DNA from: Naegleria gruberi
Lineage: Eukaryota
Strand: one strand, 5' to 3'
DNA: 64,000 nt
Assembly: GCA_000004985.1 (NCBI GenBank)
Contig: GG738859.1
Position numbers and translations under genes: made by a program. Below the pieces are notes generated by a model. The model did no database searches. It had not been told where the DNA came from and saw only the letters and a list, made by a program, of their open reading frames with translations. Below are positions 63,501 to 64,000 of this stretch, piece after piece. How positions within the stretch are numbered: the first letter of the stretch is position 1; each line of letters opens with the position of its first letter.

Positions 63501-64000
63501 ATCAGTTGAAGAGAAAAAAACCACCCACCACACTATTCTCTAAGCAAGTACTCTTGAGTTGGTTTTCTCAGATATTTCTCAGTTTTCTAACAATTTTACT
63601 GGTTTGGATTGAAATTCATTCAGGAAAGTTTAATTGGATTACTCTATTGGACCATCCGAGTGAGGATGTGACTCAGAATTATCTGAGCTATGAATCAACA
63701 ATCATGTTTTTCATGTCCACATTGTGTACAATTAATTGTTGCATCAGTTTTAGTATCAGCAAACCTTATAAGAAATCGTTGTGGAGTTGTAATATTATGT
63801 ACATTTGCTGTTTGGTTGCAATTTACTTGTACACATGTTATGTTATTCTAATTCCAGCCCAAGTGTGGAAATCCATATTTTTACTAGTGAACATGCCAAT
63901 GTTTTACAAGATTCGAATACTAATTTATGGAATGATTCATTTAATCATTAGTTATGGAATTGAGTATATTCTTGTGGCTGATTCTTTCCTCAAGATTTTG
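60518..64000 (+). CDS. P5-type cation-transporting P-type ATPase (ATP13A-like), 3'-truncated by window end
   Basis: Continuous ORF from ATG 60518 to the window end (over 1160 aa). It contains TGES, PPALP, the phosphorylation-site region LVFDKTNTLTCDHLE (DKTNT in place of the canonical DKTGT) and GDGQNDIKALK. The protein is multi-pass TM. Confidence 0.85.
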   Translation, partial: MSENEVDLDFFRRNFQQYQQPQQQQQKHIESNTSNIIITLGVQNNSHHGDGNSNSSNEDDEIIYGISSCQAFKWNFIMEVIFWFVCIASLGSLLLLCKWINWLKLYLTCVKISTTFKQADFLLIESNCSIHGMDGSFGRYTVVPICRDLEREFNVKFIKFRTVSFVYCEERDGFIPCRFNIGNNFNQLHEKIDQFVENQNLSKFHKLLNQIFGKNIIETPVKPIFSLLVDEVFHPFYIFQIVSVVIWCMIDYWIYALAIAFISTLSCLINLHSTRQSMVKLREMTGNQVIQLNRVKLSQDQAISQPNSIHKYHIDKRERVSSSELIPGDFVEIENGMNVPCDMILMSGQVIVNESIMTGESTPVKKMHIPNKSNHFHQHGEISNIFEGHTLYAGTNVIMIKHQVIGMVINTGFQTMKGKLIIPIIYSKPSNFQLYRDSFKYMIIMFFFGCAGVAGTFINLYNIHVPIPRIFLECFVLMTIVIPPALPIAIATTLSFAIYRLRFWNIFCIAPQRISLSGIVKKLVFDKTNTLTCDHLELHHVIQSNHLDTNSGELLENPNSPVGDIMHWAMSTCHELTLLQNGQLVGDPLDIKIFEATPFKFIEDHPTSGHSQVQSENEETSFEILKIFPFKSSLQRMSVIVKHQSGKIFCFTKGSGEMIKQLCDNSQSVPFDFYQTLYSNSHKGYRVIGVAFRELFIDDLEMIQTIDRNQVECDLKFIGLICLENKLKKETPQVIKKLLKCNLDVVIASGDNPFTVTSVARQIGLMTSEKIYLGELDLSRTNENWMNSLVWRNVDSEKDIITTEQLIEESHLYANLVEFALTGPVFNYILQHASDCTISINNQLELSFIKFILMNCKIYSRFSPQDKMKLVEILQNDLKYSCLMCGDGQNDIKALKLAHVGVSLSSDQEASLAAPFTSLKPSIECVLSVLREGRCALWSSFQVFKYMSLYCLIQFYTVVILFQKNTKMSDFQYLFVDLFIALPTLLLMTRTKSTNQLKRKKPPTTLFSKQVLLSWFSQIFLSFLTILLVWIEIHSGKFNWITLLDHPSEDVTQNYLSYESTIMFFMSTLCTINCCISFSISKPYKKSLWSCNIMYICCLVAIYLYTCYVILIPAQVWKSIFLLVNMPMFYKIRILIYGMIHLIISYGIEYILVADSFLKIL

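Noticed and set aside
1-64000. Prokaryotic-style operons, defence islands, CRISPR arrays, integrons
   Set aside because: The window has spliceosomal introns with GTAAGT donors. It encodes PRP17, Rad21, Tubby, RasGEF and sirtuin. Its proteins carry poly-N/Q tracts. It is clearly nuclear eukaryotic DNA, and no direct-repeat/spacer arrays are present.

Overview
This window is eukaryotic, not prokaryotic. It is AT-rich and gene-dense, about one gene per 1.5 kb on both strands. Introns are short (about 36-210 nt) and start GTAAGT/GTATGT and end in AG. Many proteins carry poly-Asn/Gln/Ser low-complexity tracts. Stop codons are standard. This profile fits an amoebozoan of the dictyostelid (social amoeba) type best. 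There are no operons, CRISPR arrays, rRNA or tRNA genes.

I could assign about 35 protein-coding genes, several with hand-derived exon models. All exon boundaries were derived by eye and need RNA-seq confirmation. The assigned genes are:
- F-box protein
- Sel1-repeat protein
- secreted DNase I-like nuclease
- methylthioribose-1-phosphate isomerase
- PRP17/CDC40
- NSUN5-like rRNA m5C methyltransferase
- SIRT2-like sirtuin
- ankyrin-repeat protein
- ANTH-domain clathrin assembly protein
- metallophosphoesterase
- ZMAT2/Snu23
- DENN+PH protein
- class II (B12-type) ribonucleotide reductase
- TMCO1 Ca-leak channel
- ITPK1-like inositol phosphate kinase
- Tubby
- RGS protein
- Rad21 kleisin
- RasGEF
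- fatty acyl-CoA reductase
- RWP-RK protein
- a P5-type P-ATPase that runs off the window end

The most unusual non-coding signal is a 263-bp GC-rich element at 7416-7678. It is highly structured, ends in a T8 run, and is flanked by a perfect 17-bp direct repeat. It is inserted directly in front of the DNase gene ATG. It is a candidate Pol III ncRNA of the RNase MRP / RNase P / SRP RNA size class.

A second weaker candidate lies at about 45820-45968. Other notable items:
- a Cys-cluster transposase-like gene with an upstream zinc-finger ORF
- a eukaryotic class II RNR
- a P5-ATPase with DKTNT in place of the invariant DKTGT
- degenerate promoter repeats
- a duplicated coding fragment
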